Below are positions 1 to 10,924 of a stretch of 64,000 bases of DNA, piece after piece. The stretch is from Rickettsiales bacterium. Its GTDB lineage: Bacteria > Pseudomonadota > Alphaproteobacteria > Rickettsiales > UBA1997. A program made the position numbers and the translations under genes. Numbering within the stretch: position 1 is the stretch's first letter; every line of letters begins with the position of its first letter. A model generated the notes under the pieces. The model did not search any database. It saw only the letters and a program-made list of their open reading frames with translations, and had not been told where the DNA came from. The DNA lies in NCBI GenBank assembly GCA_965661355.1, contig CBFIDI010000001.1, positions 11,956 through 75,955 on the forward strand. The letters run 5' to 3'.

Positions 1-1464
1 GTCAGAGGCCAAAAACGAGCCTTGCGCCATGTTTTCTGATTGACCGTTGGCCTTAGCGAAATTTTGTGCTTTTTGACAAGCCGCTTGACAGGCGTCTATT
101 CTGCTGGTTTGGCCCATTCCTATTCCGACTGTTTGAAAATTTTTCACTAGGGTAATTGCGTTTGATTTTACATGTTTGCAAATATTCATTGCAAAAATTA
201 ATTGCTGCTTCTCGCTTTCTGAAATTTCTATTTCGCCGACTTGCTTTAAATCGGTTGACGAAATTGTTTTTTGGTCTTGCTGTTGAACTAAAAAGCCACC
301 AGAAATTGTTTTTAGTTGATTATTGTCATTTTTTTTGAAATCTGTAATTAAAACTCTTAGGTTTTTCTTTTGCGCTAAAATTTCTTTGGCTTCAGGAGTT
401 ATAGAGGCCGCAATTATAACTTCGAAGAATATTTTTGTAATTTCTTGAGCCAGTTCTGCGTTGATTTGAGAATTTAGAGCGACAATTCCGCCAAAAGCAC
501 TTTTTGCATCTGATTCTAGGGCTTTTTTATAGGCACCAGAAATATTTTTGTCGGTTGCAACGCCGCAAGGGTTGGCGTGTTTGATGATGGCGCAAGTGGG
601 TTGGCTAAACTCGCTAACTAAATTATAAGCGGCGTCAGCGTCGTTTAGGTTGTTGTAACTTAGCTCTTTGCCCTGAATTTGCTGGGCGCCAACAATGCCA
701 GAATTATTGAGTTGGTAAAGGGCTGCTTTTTGATGCGAATTTTCGCCATATCGAAGATTTTGCTTTAATTTGGCCGAGATTTTGAGATTTTCTGCAAAAT
801 TTTGATCGGTTTCGCTATTTTTATTTTCATTTTCTGATTCTTGAAAAGAATTTTCTTGGCTTTTGGTGAAAAAATCGGCAATTGCAATATCGTAATCGGC
901 AATTGATTTAAAAGCTTGGCTAGCTAGTTTTTTGCGAAATTGTAAATTAGTTTGAAAATTATTGCTTTTTAATTGATTTATTAGTTCTTGATATTGACTT
1001 GCGCATGTTATGACCGTTTTAAACTCAAAATTTTTGGCCGCCGATCTTACCATAGCGGGGCCGCCAATGTCGATATTTTCGATGATTTTATTTTCATCAT
1101 CGGTTTTTGCTACAGTTTCGACAAATGGATATAAATTTACAATTAAAAGATCAATTGGCAAAATATTGTTTTGCGCGGCCTGTTTTTGGTGATCTTGGTT
1201 ATTTAAAACACCCAAAAGCCCGCCATGAACATTGGGATGCAGAGTTTTAACGCGGCCATTCATAATTTCTGGAAAATTGGTAAATTGACTTATGTCTTTA
1301 GCGTTAATTGCGTTTTCTTGCAATAATTTTTTTGTACCACCAGTTGAAATAATTTCAACATTGTTTTCTTGTAAAAATTTTGCTAGCTGGGTTATGTCTT
1401 GCTTGTCGGACACGGAAATTAAACAGCGTTTAATGGGCTGTAAGTTTTGCAATTTATTTGACAT
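1..1464 (-). CDS. purH: Bifunctional AICAR transformylase / IMP cyclohydrolase PurH (3' end cut by window edge)
   Basis: Reverse-strand translation from the ATG at 1464 gives MSNKLQNLQPIKRCLISVSDKQDITQLAKFLQENNVEIISTGGTKKLL...GRVKTLHPNVHGGLLG. It stays open to position 1 (..VGIGMGQTSRIDA..GSFLASD). It is absent from the ORF track only because it has no in-window stop. Confidence 0.85.
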   Translation of the reverse strand, partial: MSNKLQNLQPIKRCLISVSDKQDITQLAKFLQENNVEIISTGGTKKLLQENAINAKDISQFTNFPEIMNGRVKTLHPNVHGGLLGVLNNQDHQKQAAQNNILPIDLLIVNLYPFVETVAKTDDENKIIENIDIGGPAMVRSAAKNFEFKTVITCASQYQELINQLKSNNFQTNLQFRKKLASQAFKSIADYDIAIADFFTKSQENSFQESENENKNSETDQNFAENLKISAKLKQNLRYGENSHQKAALYQLNNSGIVGAQQIQGKELSYNNLNDADAAYNLVSEFSQPTCAIIKHANPCGVATDKNISGAYKKALESDAKSAFGGIVALNSQINAELAQEITKIFFEVIIAASITPEAKEILAQKKNLRVLITDFKKNDNNQLKTISGGFLVQQQDQKTISSTDLKQVGEIEISESEKQQLIFAMNICKHVKSNAITLVKNFQTVGIGMGQTSRIDACQAACQKAQNFAKANGQSENMAQGSFLASD

Positions 1465-2583
1465 TTGTATATTTTATTGAGATTTTGCGATTATGGGCGC
1501 AATTAATTTTTTGTGAATTATATTTAATTAGACCTAGATTTAATTAAATATTGTAAAGGTTTGTTTTTAAAACAGAATTTAAATTGTGTAATTTATTGTA
1601 AAACTAATTTAACCTTAATATTGCCCTAAAAATTAAATTTTTTATAGCAGCTTTGCCTTGCCTTTAACGGTCGCTTAGAAGTTTAATTATTTTTTTAATT
1701 GAAGTCAACAGATTTATTTGCCGACAATGTTGTTTTTAGCCAATAGAATTACCATTAAAACTACGAACTTCTTTAATTGAATTGCAAGATTAACAATCTT
1801 TTAACCAGCAAAAAATGAAGTAAAATTGAGTATTATTTTTCAATTCTGATTTATATTATTTGTAAAAATAATTTAGCAATAGCGCCATGGCAAGTTTTTG
1901 ATTATGAATCTGATAATTGAATTACGGCGAATAGAATTTATAGATTTTTCAAATTATTAGTAGTTATTTACAAATCGAATATTACTAGAAATATTGTTGC
2001 TGATTATTTTATATCATTTTCTATATTTGAAGTAAACTTAAGTAATTTATTCGTTTTAGCGGAGTTAGCATAAAAATATAGAAATATATTTTAGATAGTA
2101 TTTTGGCTATTTATTATTTTAATATTGAAAATAGTTTTGTGTATAACCAAAATTTAGTGAAAAAAGCGTAAAATAGCATAATTATTTTTTTAACTTTCTT
2201 TTAGCGCTCATTTTCTAACCCCTTGGGTTTTGAGAATGGCTTTAATGGTAAAGTTAATCTTTAAAGAGCGCGTAAATTAGCAAAAAATTATCATTAAGAC
2301 TCTGATTTAAGATCAACTTACTTCAGAATTGATAATTAAAGGCTGGACAGCTTTGTTGATGAAATATTAATTTATAAGAAGCATTAGATATGAATCTAGA
2401 TTTTTATTATAAGCTTCTGACTAAAAAGATGAAATATTTATGCGGGATTTAAAGATAATAAACCACTTAAAATACTTAAAATTTCCAATTTATTGTCAAA
2501 ACTTCGTAACATCGCGCAATTTTAATCTTTTTTTAGCTTTAATTAATTTTATAAATTGAAAATGGTATAATTAAAAATATTGA

Positions 2584-3384
2584 TTATTTTCTTTTTTTTG
2601 CAAGTTCTATGTCTAGAATTTCTTTTGCTAGCTTCATATAAGCCTTTGCACCGCGACATTTGGGGTCGTAAATTACACCCGGAATTCCGTGTGAAGGAGC
2701 CTCTGAAAGCCTGACATTTCTGGGTACTGAGTTTTTAAAAACCTTGTCGCCCAAATAATTTCTGACATCGATTTCGACTTGCTCGGTTAGTTTATTGCGC
2801 TTGTCATGCATGGTTAGAATTATTCCACTCATTTTTAGATTTTTATTCAAATTGTTTTTGACCAAGTCTAAAGTTGTGAGTAAATGGCTTAAGCCCTCAA
2901 GGGCAAAAAATTCGCATTGCATCGGAATTAATATTGAGTCAGAGGCCGTTAAAGCGTTGATTGTTAAAAGACCAAGTGACGGTGGGCAGTCTATTAAAAC
3001 GCAATCATAGTCATAAATTACTTCTTGTAATATTTTTTTTAAGCAAAATTCACGATTTTGAAAAGATGCAATTTCAATCTCGCAAGCCGAAAGATCTACG
3101 GTTGAGGTTACTAAGTGTAAATTAGGTAGTTTATGAGGAATTATTACTTCTGTTATTGCCAATTCGCCAATAATTGCATCGTAAATAGTTTTTTGCCTTT
3201 GTGACTGAAAAACACCAAAAGCGGTGCTTGCATTGCCTTGCGGGTCGAAGTCTATTACTAGGGTTTTTTTCTTGGCTGCGGCAAAAGAAGTTGCTAAATT
3301 TACTACTGTGGTTGTTTTGCCAACCCCTCCTTTCTGATTAACAACTGAAAATATTTTTGCCTTTTCTTTATTTCTTGCTCTCAT
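2584..3384 (-). CDS. parA: Chromosome partitioning ATPase ParA/Soj
   Basis: Deviant Walker A motif NQKGGVGKTTT, followed by LVIDFDPQGNAS. Length is 266 aa. Confidence 0.9.
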   Translation of the reverse strand: MRARNKEKAKIFSVVNQKGGVGKTTTVVNLATSFAAAKKKTLVIDFDPQGNASTAFGVFQSQRQKTIYDAIIGELAITEVIIPHKLPNLHLVTSTVDLSACEIEIASFQNREFCLKKILQEVIYDYDCVLIDCPPSLGLLTINALTASDSILIPMQCEFFALEGLSHLLTTLDLVKNNLNKNLKMSGIILTMHDKRNKLTEQVEIDVRNYLGDKVFKNSVPRNVRLSEAPSHGIPGVIYDPKCRGAKAYMKLAKEILDIELAKKRK

Positions 3385-3399
3385 ATTTTTATCGGTTTT

Positions 3400-3415
3400 T
3401 GTTCCATGTGAAACA
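3400..3415. promoter_or_regulatory. parS-like 16-bp site TGTTCCATGTGAAACA, 16 bp upstream of the parA start
   Basis: Matches the canonical parS palindrome TGTTTCACGTGAAACA at 14 of 16 positions. An identical copy in the opposite orientation lies at 4488..4503. Confidence 0.6.
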
Positions 3416-3517
3416 TTATATTCTTGATTTTTACTATTTATTATCGCTTTATTTCTTTATTTTTTATCGAGTTGAAGAAAGCAATCTAAGCTCTTGGCTC
3501 TAACTAAGTTTTTGGCT

Positions 3518-4447
3518 CTAATTTTCAATTTTTTCTACTAAATTATGGACTAAGTCAAAGTCAGAGAAGTTAATAATTATTTTACCGCTATTTTTAAACT
3601 GGTTGTACGATATTTTTACTTTTGAATTTAGGACTTGCGAAAGTTTATTTTCAATATCGGTTAATTCGCCTGAATTTATGAATTTTATGTTTAACTCTTT
3701 TCTTTCAAGCACTGGGCTTGATCTAAGATTTTCTATTTTTTCATTTCTAATTAAATCTTCGGCGTCTCGGACAGAAAGCGAGTCGTCTATTATTTTTTCG
3801 GCCAATAGCTCAGGATTGCTTGATTTAATAATCGCCCTTGCATGACCCATTGAAATTTTTTTATCGCTAATCATGTTTTTAACTGAAATTGGCAATTCAA
3901 GAAGTCTTAATAAATTTGCAACATGGGGGCGACTTTTACCCGTTTTTTTAGCAACTTGATCTTGAGTGTAAGAAAATTCATTTATAAGCTGTTTGTAGCC
4001 CTTAGCTTCTTCAATTAATGATAAATCGGCGCGCTGAACATTTTCGACCAAGGCCATTTCTAGGGCTTCATGATTATTAATTTTTTTGACAATAGCTGGA
4101 ATTTTATCTAGTTTTAATAATTTTATCGCTCTGAACCTTCTTTCGCCAGCTATAATTTCGTAATGCCCGTCATCTTCGCTTTTTCTTAATATTATTGGCT
4201 GGATTAAATCGTTTGACTTGATTGAAAGCGCCAATTCTTTAATTGACTCATTGTCAAAATGTCTTCTGGGCTGATAAATTCCGGCAGTAATTTTGTTGAC
4301 CGAAATCATTTGAACTTCTTGGTTATTGGCCTTACGATTTTGCGGATAGGCTTCTGAATTTTGGTCTTTTGGTTGATAAATTTTGCTGTCTCCGATTAAA
4401 GCTGATAGGCCTCTACCTAATTTTCTGTTTTGAGTTGCTGTTGTCAT
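3518..4447 (-). CDS. parB: Chromosome partitioning protein ParB/Spo0J
   Basis: Contains LGRGLSALIG, QPRRHFD and IIAGERRFRA (ParB boxes), followed by an HTH region. Length is 309 aa. Confidence 0.9.
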   Translation of the reverse strand: MTTATQNRKLGRGLSALIGDSKIYQPKDQNSEAYPQNRKANNQEVQMISVNKITAGIYQPRRHFDNESIKELALSIKSNDLIQPIILRKSEDDGHYEIIAGERRFRAIKLLKLDKIPAIVKKINNHEALEMALVENVQRADLSLIEEAKGYKQLINEFSYTQDQVAKKTGKSRPHVANLLRLLELPISVKNMISDKKISMGHARAIIKSSNPELLAEKIIDDSLSVRDAEDLIRNEKIENLRSSPVLERKELNIKFINSGELTDIENKLSQVLNSKVKISYNQFKNSGKIIINFSDFDLVHNLVEKIEN

Positions 4448-4487
4448 TTTTTATGTTCGTTGATTATTTTAATAATATATAACAAAT

Positions 4488-4503
4488 TGTTTCACATGGA
4501 ACA
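4488..4503. promoter_or_regulatory. parS-like 16-bp site TGTTTCACATGGAACA, 41 bp upstream of the parB start
   Basis: Exact reverse complement of the site at 3400..3415. Confidence 0.6.
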
Positions 4504-5174
4504 ATTATTATGTATAATAATGATTTATGCAACTATTATTTTCAAATAAATAAGGTAACAACAAAATTACAGCCAAGATATGTTACTTTTAAATTATAAA
4601 TAAGCAGATTATCTTGATTTGTTGTGACTTTTTAGCGTTTAAAAAGCTTAAAATAGCCAAGAATTATTAAAAGAAATCAAAATTGCGCAAGATATATTGT
4701 TAGATTTTTGATAATTTTTGCTAAAGATATGAAGTAATTACATGTACTTTACATATTACAATGGCTACAGTTTAATAATATTTTGAATGCTGCTTTAGGT
4801 CTAAAGTAATAATTTTAATTAAATTCGCTATTACAAGTTCGATTATGACAAATTTATTTAAGTTTTTGACTATTGATTTAACATTAAAGCGATTTGGTGT
4901 AATTATAAATTGACATAGAAATTTTAGAAAAAAACATTGTAAAAATTAGGCTTGATATGTTTTGATGTCGGTCTGAAAAGTTGGTTTAGCGTAATGCGTC
5001 AGAAAAATACAAAATATTGTAAGATAAAATAATAAAATTTAAGCTTAACTTTAATATAAAATCCCTGTAGCAGGTGCGGTTAGATCTTTAGAATTGTTGA
5101 CAAAAAAGTAAAGTCGCGACAAAAAGCTTGTCAGTTAAGTTGATTAAAACAAAAAAGAATGTTAGTTAAAAAAG

Positions 5175-5525
5175 TTAAATTGCAAGCTTGTTACCTTCTT
5201 GAGGGAAAATTACTGTTGGTTTAAAATTTTTTGCTTCTGTGAAGTCTAGTTGGCAATATGAAATTATGATTATTTTATCATCAAGCTGGGCCTTTCTGGC
5301 GCATGGGCCATTTAAGCAAATTAGGCCAGAATTTCTAGGACCTTTAATAACATAAGTATCGAATCTTTCGCCGTTATTTATGTTTAATATTTGAACTTTT
5401 TCATTTTCTATTAAGTTAGCAGCCTCAATTAAATTTTCGTCGATGGTAATGCTGCCAATATAATTTAAATTTGCTTGCGTGACTTTTACTGAATGAATTT
5501 TTGATTTGAGTAATTCAATTTTCAT
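5175..5525 (-). CDS. panD: Aspartate 1-decarboxylase proenzyme
   Basis: [24 protein letters not shown] carries the Gly-Ser self-cleavage site. Length is 116 aa. Confidence 0.9.
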   Translation of the reverse strand: MKIELLKSKIHSVKVTQANLNYIGSITIDENLIEAANLIENEKVQILNINNGERFDTYVIKGPRNSGLICLNGPCARKAQLDDKIIIISYCQLDFTEAKNFKPTVIFPQEGNKLAI

Positions 5526-6211
5526 GGTTTTAAATTAATTTTAAACTTTTTTGTCTGTTAACTTTATATTATATCACTTTAATTGTCTATGGCAAAATTT
5601 GTTGGTAATTTTCTTATTAAAATAAACCCCAGAGTTGAGTAATAATGGCAATCTTTGATATTAACTTTAGCATTTGTAACAAATTCTATTTTTAAACAGC
5701 GATCTATGGGTTATTTAGAAATTGAGATTGGCATGAAAATTGACATTTAAATATGTAATTTATAGTTGACCAATTCAGGTCTAAAAAACCTCATCAAGAT
5801 TAATTATTGTAGAGAATAAGTAATATAAGATGATGAATTTGATTTTATTGATTAATTTTAACTTCATAAATATTTGTAATTATAAAATTAAGAATATTAT
5901 TGGCTTGGATTCTAGCCTGTTTAGATGCTAGAATTTAGGTTAAATATTTTATTGTTAAAAAATAAAACGCGGCAAAGATATGGCCAATATTATTATAATA
6001 ATTAACATTGCAACAGGCAAATTGGGGCTTAATGTTAATTTTCAGCTTTAATTTGGTAAATATGAATAATTTGTCTATTTTGAAAAAACTTTGTCTTTAT
6101 TTAATTTTAAAGATGGAATTTGCCATTAGCCGAAAATTGTTAGCTTGTTAAAAATTAGCAACCAAGCTTTTTGAGTTTAACTTACGATAAATTTTATTGA
6201 GTTTGAGCAAA

Positions 6212-7009
6212 TTAAAGACCCAAAACATCTTGCATGCTGTAAAAGCCATTTTCTTGGTTTGCACCCCAAATTGCTGCGCGCACAGCGCCCGATGCAAAAA
6301 CTGAACGATTGCTCGCTTTGTGGCTAAGCTCTAGCCTTTCGCCTTCGCCAGCGAACATAACGCTGTGGTCGCCAATTACATCGCCGCCACGCAAGGTTGC
6401 AAAGCCAATCTCGCCTTTTGCTCTGGGGCTGTTGGCGTGATTTCTGACCATGTTGGCAACTTTTTTTAGATTTTCGTTTCTGCCTTTTGCCGCAGACTCG
6501 CCCAAAGAAAGAGCGGTGCCCGAAGGCGAATCAATTTTATTTTTGTGATGCATTTCTAAAATTTCAATATCGTAATCATCATGTAAAATTGACGATACTT
6601 TTTCGACCAAGCCCATCAATAAATTAACACCAACTGACATATTTGAAGACCATATAATAACTGTTTGCTGTGAGTATGAAATAAGATTTTCTTTTTGCTG
6701 GTCTGAAAAGCCAGTTGTGCCACATACTAAAATTTTTTTATGTTGGGCTGCTTTTTTTGCGCATTCTAAACTTAAATTTGGCGAAGAAAAATCGATTATT
6801 GCGTCGCATTGTTCAAAAAAATTGTCTATGTCGGCGGTTATTTTGCGGTTATTTTCATTTTGCGCCAAAAAGCTACCGATGTCTTTGCCGTTAAAATCGC
6901 TGTTTTGGCGCACAAGCCCAGAAGAAAGTTGGGCAATGGGGCTTTGGTGAACAATTTGAGCAATTTGCCTGCCCATTCTTCCTGAAATTCCTGTAACTCC
7001 TATTTTCAT
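6212..7009 (-). CDS. dapB: 4-hydroxy-tetrahydrodipicolinate reductase
   Basis: N-terminal GxxGRMG nucleotide-binding motif (GISGRMGRQI), EILEMHHKNKIDSPSGTA, and the C-terminal GFYSMQDVLGL. Confidence 0.88.
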   Translation of the reverse strand: MKIGVTGISGRMGRQIAQIVHQSPIAQLSSGLVRQNSDFNGKDIGSFLAQNENNRKITADIDNFFEQCDAIIDFSSPNLSLECAKKAAQHKKILVCGTTGFSDQQKENLISYSQQTVIIWSSNMSVGVNLLMGLVEKVSSILHDDYDIEILEMHHKNKIDSPSGTALSLGESAAKGRNENLKKVANMVRNHANSPRAKGEIGFATLRGGDVIGDHSVMFAGEGERLELSHKASNRSVFASGAVRAAIWGANQENGFYSMQDVLGL

Positions 7010-7392
7010 AATTTGTGAAATATGATGGTTGTAATTTAAATAAATTAACTTGCAATTTGTAACTGCATTGATTTTTACGCGCGCTTTGATTGCGCTTTGA
7101 GCTGTAATTTTGAATTATTTTAATTCTATTATTTGCATATTGATGATATTATGTTTTTACAAAATTATCAAGTTAATATTTATGATTTTATTTATTGTAA
7201 AATTAAGCTTTAATGAGTATTTTTATTGATTTTTATTTTGCTTGTTATTTTAGATGAAGTGTTTTAAAATTGCGGATAGTTTATGATGTGCGAACTGGGC
7301 TTGTTTAGCGCCTAGATTAATTGCATTGCCTAATGTAAATTAAAGTTTTAAAGCGCATATTTTTGTTTTAATAAATAATTGATTGAAGATTT

Positions 7393-10206
7393 ATGTCAGA
7401 TAAAGAAATTACATTAGCAACCGGAAAAGATATTGTTTCGGTTTCTATTTCAAGCGAGATGAAAAAATCATATTTAGACTATGCAATGTCAGTGATTGTT
7501 TCGCGCGCCATACCAGATGTTTGCGATGGATTAAAGCCGGTTCATAGAAGAATTCTTTTTGCGATGCATGAAGGAAAATATGATTATAACAAACCATTCA
7601 AGAAATCGGCAAGAATTGTTGGTGAAGTAATGGGTAAATATCACCCACATGGCGATTCGGCAATTTATGAATCATTGGTTAGAATGGCGCAAGATTTTTC
7701 GATGAGGTTGCCTTTAATTGATGGGCAAGGTAATTTTGGATCGATTGATGATGACCCGGCGGCGGCAATGCGTTACACAGAATCTAGGCTTGAAAAAGTT
7801 TCGCACACAATGCTTGAAGATTTAGACAAAGACACAGTTGATTTTGTTGCAAACTACGATGGGAGCGAGCTTGAGCCAAAAGTTATGCCAGCGGCTTTTC
7901 CAAATTTGTTGGTTAATGGCTCTGGTGGAATTGCGGTTGGAATGGCGACAAATATTCCGCCACATAATTTAGGCGAAGTTATTGACGGCGTTTTGGCTTA
8001 CATTGCAAACAGCGAATTAACGGTTGAAGAATTAATTCAGATTATTCCAGCGCCAGATTTTCCAACCGGCGGAATTATTTTAGGGCGCAGCGGATTTAAT
8101 TCTGCGGCGAACACTGGGCGTGGATCTGTGGTGATGAGAGGAAGAACGAATATTGAAATAAATGGCAAAAAAGAGGCGATTATTATTACTGAAATTCCTT
8201 ATCAAGTTAATAAAGCAAAATTGGTCGAAAAAATTGCCGAATTAGTTAAAGATAAAAAAGTCGAAGGAATTTCTGATTTGCGCGACGAGTCAAGCCGCGA
8301 TGGAATTAGAATTGTAATTGAGCTTAAGCGCGACGCAATGAGCGAAGTTATTATTAACCAGCTTTACAGCTTTACGCCGCTTCAATGCAACTTTAGCGTT
8401 AATATGTTGGCGCTTAACCATGGCAAGCCAGAACTTTTAAACTTGCTGCAAGTTATTCGTGCATTTACGCATTTTAGAGAAAATATTGTCGCAAGAAGAA
8501 CTAATTTCTTACTTAACAAAGCGCGTGACAAAACCCATATTTTAATTGGCTTGGCCGTTGCAGTAGGAAATATTGACGAAGTTGTTGAGTTAATTCGTGC
8601 TTCGAAAGATGCGGCTGAGGCGAAAGAAAGATTATTAGCCAGAAGCTGGCCAGCAGACACAGTTGCGACAATTATTAAGCTTGTTCAGGATAAGGGCAAT
8701 AAAATTGAAGATGGAAAATTCTATTTTTCTGAAACTCAGGCAAAAGCAATTCTGGACATGAGACTTGCCAGATTGACAGGCTTAGAAATGGACAAAATTA
8801 ACGAAGAGCTAAAGGCTTTGGCTGCGCAAATTGCACAGTATCTTGAGCTTTTAGGAAATCGTGAAAAATTAATGGAATTAGTTAAAAGCGAACTTATTTC
8901 AATTAAAGAAAATTTTGCGACGCCGCGCCGTTCGACCATTGAAGACAGCGAGTTTGAGATGGATATTGAAGACTTAATTCCGAAAGAAGACATGGTTGTT
9001 GTTGCAACTTTGAATGGCTACATTAAACGAGTTGCGCTAAATGCCTATCGGGCGCAGAAACGCGGCGGTAGGGGTAAAAGCGCAATGGATGTTCGTGAAG
9101 AAGATATTGCGACTGATATTTTTGTTGCAAACACGCACACCCCAATTTTGTTCTTTTCTGACAAAGGAAAATGTTACAAAATGAAGGCCTACAAATTGCC
9201 ACTTGGCTCGCCGCAGGCTAGGGGTAGGGCGCTTGTTAATTTATTGCCAATTGACCAAGACGAGAAAATTTCGACAATTTTGGCTTTGCCAGAAGATGAA
9301 TCTAGCTGGAACGATTTAAGTATTGTTTTTGCGACTTCTGAAGGTGGAGTTAGAAGAAATTCGATGGATCAATTTACGGATATTCGCTCAAGCGGAAAAA
9401 TTGCAATGAAGCTTGACGAAGGTCAAAAATTAATTGGCGTAAATATTTGCACCGAAAAAGACGACATCATGCTTTCAACCAAAAGCGGCAAATGTATTCG
9501 TTTTCCGGTTGAAAAGCTTCGCGTTTTTCAAAGCAGAAATTCAACCGGTGTTCGCGGAATTAAGCTTGAAGAAGGCAATGAAGTAATGAGCTTGTCTATT
9601 TTAAAACATGCTAAAGAAGAAGCGGAAGTTAAGGAAAAATATTTGAAAATTAATATTGACAAAAGACTTGCACTTCGTGAGGCAATTCACTTTAACAGGG
9701 CTTTAAAAGAAAATCCGAGCGAAGATTTACTTGAGCAAACTCCAAAAGAATTGCCAAAAGTTAAGGCTGAAGGTTTAGCGCAAGAAGTGATTGAAAAATT
9801 AGCCGACAATGAAGAATTTATTTTTACGCTAACTGAAAATGGGTTCGGAAAAAGAACTTCGGCTTACCAATACAGAATTACGAACCGTGGCGGAAGCGGA
9901 ATTACGAATATTGTTACTTCAAAAAGAAATGGCACCGTCGTTGGAAGCTTCCCGATTGAGTGTAATGATCATGTAATGATTATTACGGATAAAGGAACTT
10001 TAATTAGAACAGAAATTGGCTCGGTTAGAATTGCCGGAAGAAATACGCAAGGCGTCACGCTGATTAAGGCCAAGAACGAAAAAGTTTCGTCGGTTGCACG
10101 AATTGCGCATTCTGGAAACAAAGATGTTGACGAGGCCGAAATTGGCGATGAAGTTGGCGAAGGGTCTGAAATTTCGGTTTCTTCTGAAGGAGCTTTCGAG
10201 AACTAG
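7393..10206 (+). CDS. gyrA: DNA gyrase subunit A
   Basis: [21 protein letters not shown], the catalytic-Tyr region AAAMRYTE, and C-terminal beta-pinwheel repeats with an acidic tail. Length is 937 aa. Confidence 0.95.
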   Translation: MSDKEITLATGKDIVSVSISSEMKKSYLDYAMSVIVSRAIPDVCDGLKPVHRRILFAMHEGKYDYNKPFKKSARIVGEVMGKYHPHGDSAIYESLVRMAQDFSMRLPLIDGQGNFGSIDDDPAAAMRYTESRLEKVSHTMLEDLDKDTVDFVANYDGSELEPKVMPAAFPNLLVNGSGGIAVGMATNIPPHNLGEVIDGVLAYIANSELTVEELIQIIPAPDFPTGGIILGRSGFNSAANTGRGSVVMRGRTNIEINGKKEAIIITEIPYQVNKAKLVEKIAELVKDKKVEGISDLRDESSRDGIRIVIELKRDAMSEVIINQLYSFTPLQCNFSVNMLALNHGKPELLNLLQVIRAFTHFRENIVARRTNFLLNKARDKTHILIGLAVAVGNIDEVVELIRASKDAAEAKERLLARSWPADTVATIIKLVQDKGNKIEDGKFYFSETQAKAILDMRLARLTGLEMDKINEELKALAAQIAQYLELLGNREKLMELVKSELISIKENFATPRRSTIEDSEFEMDIEDLIPKEDMVVVATLNGYIKRVALNAYRAQKRGGRGKSAMDVREEDIATDIFVANTHTPILFFSDKGKCYKMKAYKLPLGSPQARGRALVNLLPIDQDEKISTILALPEDESSWNDLSIVFATSEGGVRRNSMDQFTDIRSSGKIAMKLDEGQKLIGVNICTEKDDIMLSTKSGKCIRFPVEKLRVFQSRNSTGVRGIKLEEGNEVMSLSILKHAKEEAEVKEKYLKINIDKRLALREAIHFNRALKENPSEDLLEQTPKELPKVKAEGLAQEVIEKLADNEEFIFTLTENGFGKRTSAYQYRITNRGGSGITNIVTSKRNGTVVGSFPIECNDHVMIITDKGTLIRTEIGSVRIAGRNTQGVTLIKAKNEKVSSVARIAHSGNKDVDEAEIGDEVGEGSEISVSSEGAFEN

Positions 10207-10231
10207 AGAAATTTGAAATTACTATTTTTTT

Positions 10232-10268
10232 AGAGGCGTTCTTTTTTTAAAGGGCGCCTCTTTTTTTT
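10232..10268 (+). terminator. Rho-independent terminator after gyrA
   Basis: AGAGGCG (10232-10238) pairs with CGCCTCT (10255-10261). The stem is followed by a T8 run. Confidence 0.7.
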
Positions 10269-10796
10269 GCGCATTTTTTTGCACATTTTTTACCAAGCTA
10301 ATATTTAATAAATTTTTGCTGGTGGCAATTCTTTTAAAAAGACGCAAAATGACATCAAAAAAAATTGACCCTGAAATTAAAATAAATGTTTTTTTAAAGG
10401 TTAAAATCTTCAATTCTTTTAACTGCTACGAGTAGCAACTTTTTAAAGATGCTTTAAAATAAAGGCTTTAAAAAATAAAAATATTAAATTTTAAGAAAAT
10501 AAGCATTTTTAGCCTTAAAATCTACTGCTTTATTTTCATGAAAAAATCTAATTAATATTCTTGCTTTGTCAAAATTAAAACCGGGCTAGAATAATTTAAA
10601 AGTTTTAAAAAATAAGTTTTTTCTTGAATATTGCCAGCTTGAACATTGTTAAATATTTACCGCACATCAAACCAAGTTCTTGACTTTAAATACTAATATT
10701 TAGCTCTGAGTTAGCGCTAAAAAATGGAGACTCGTGTAATTGTTTGTGTCATTTTTATTTTTGCGTTAATTTTTCTAAAGAAGCTTGCTGTATTTT

Positions 10797-10847
10797 TAAA
10801 AGCTTTTTACGCAAAATTCTTCGTGACTTTTGCGTAAAAAGCTTTTA
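10797..10847. repeat. Perfect 20-bp inverted repeat (51-nt hairpin) upstream of gatB
   Basis: TAAAAGCTTTTTACGCAAAA (10797-10816), an 11-nt loop, then TTTTGCGTAAAAAGCTTTTA (10828-10847). Confidence 0.8.
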
Positions 10848-10924
10848 AAATAATTCTTTTCAAGACTAAGAAGCGGTTAATTAATCGCCCTTTTTAAGGT
10901 CAAAAACTTTAAATAATTAACAAA

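Noticed and set aside
156-1480. Three 60-62-aa plus-strand ORFs at the left edge.
   Set aside because: They are antisense to the clearly recognisable purH reading frame.
2563-2571. The recurrent TGGTATAAT extended -10-like 9-mer (also at 26524 and 62185) as a shared promoter element.
   Set aside because: In DNA this AT-rich, roughly one or two chance occurrences per window are expected by my rough estimate. The copy at 2563 points antisense into parA. It is mentioned only as context for the ORF at 62307.
1465-5174. An origin of replication (DnaA-box cluster) near parAB.
   Set aside because: I found no convincing cluster of TTATCCACA-like boxes by eye in the spacers flanking parAB. This cannot be decided without a genome-wide skew and motif analysis.
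10222-10413. A 63-aa minus-strand ORF after gyrA.
   Set aside because: It is Lys/Phe-rich, overlaps the gyrA terminator hairpin, and has no start context or domain.
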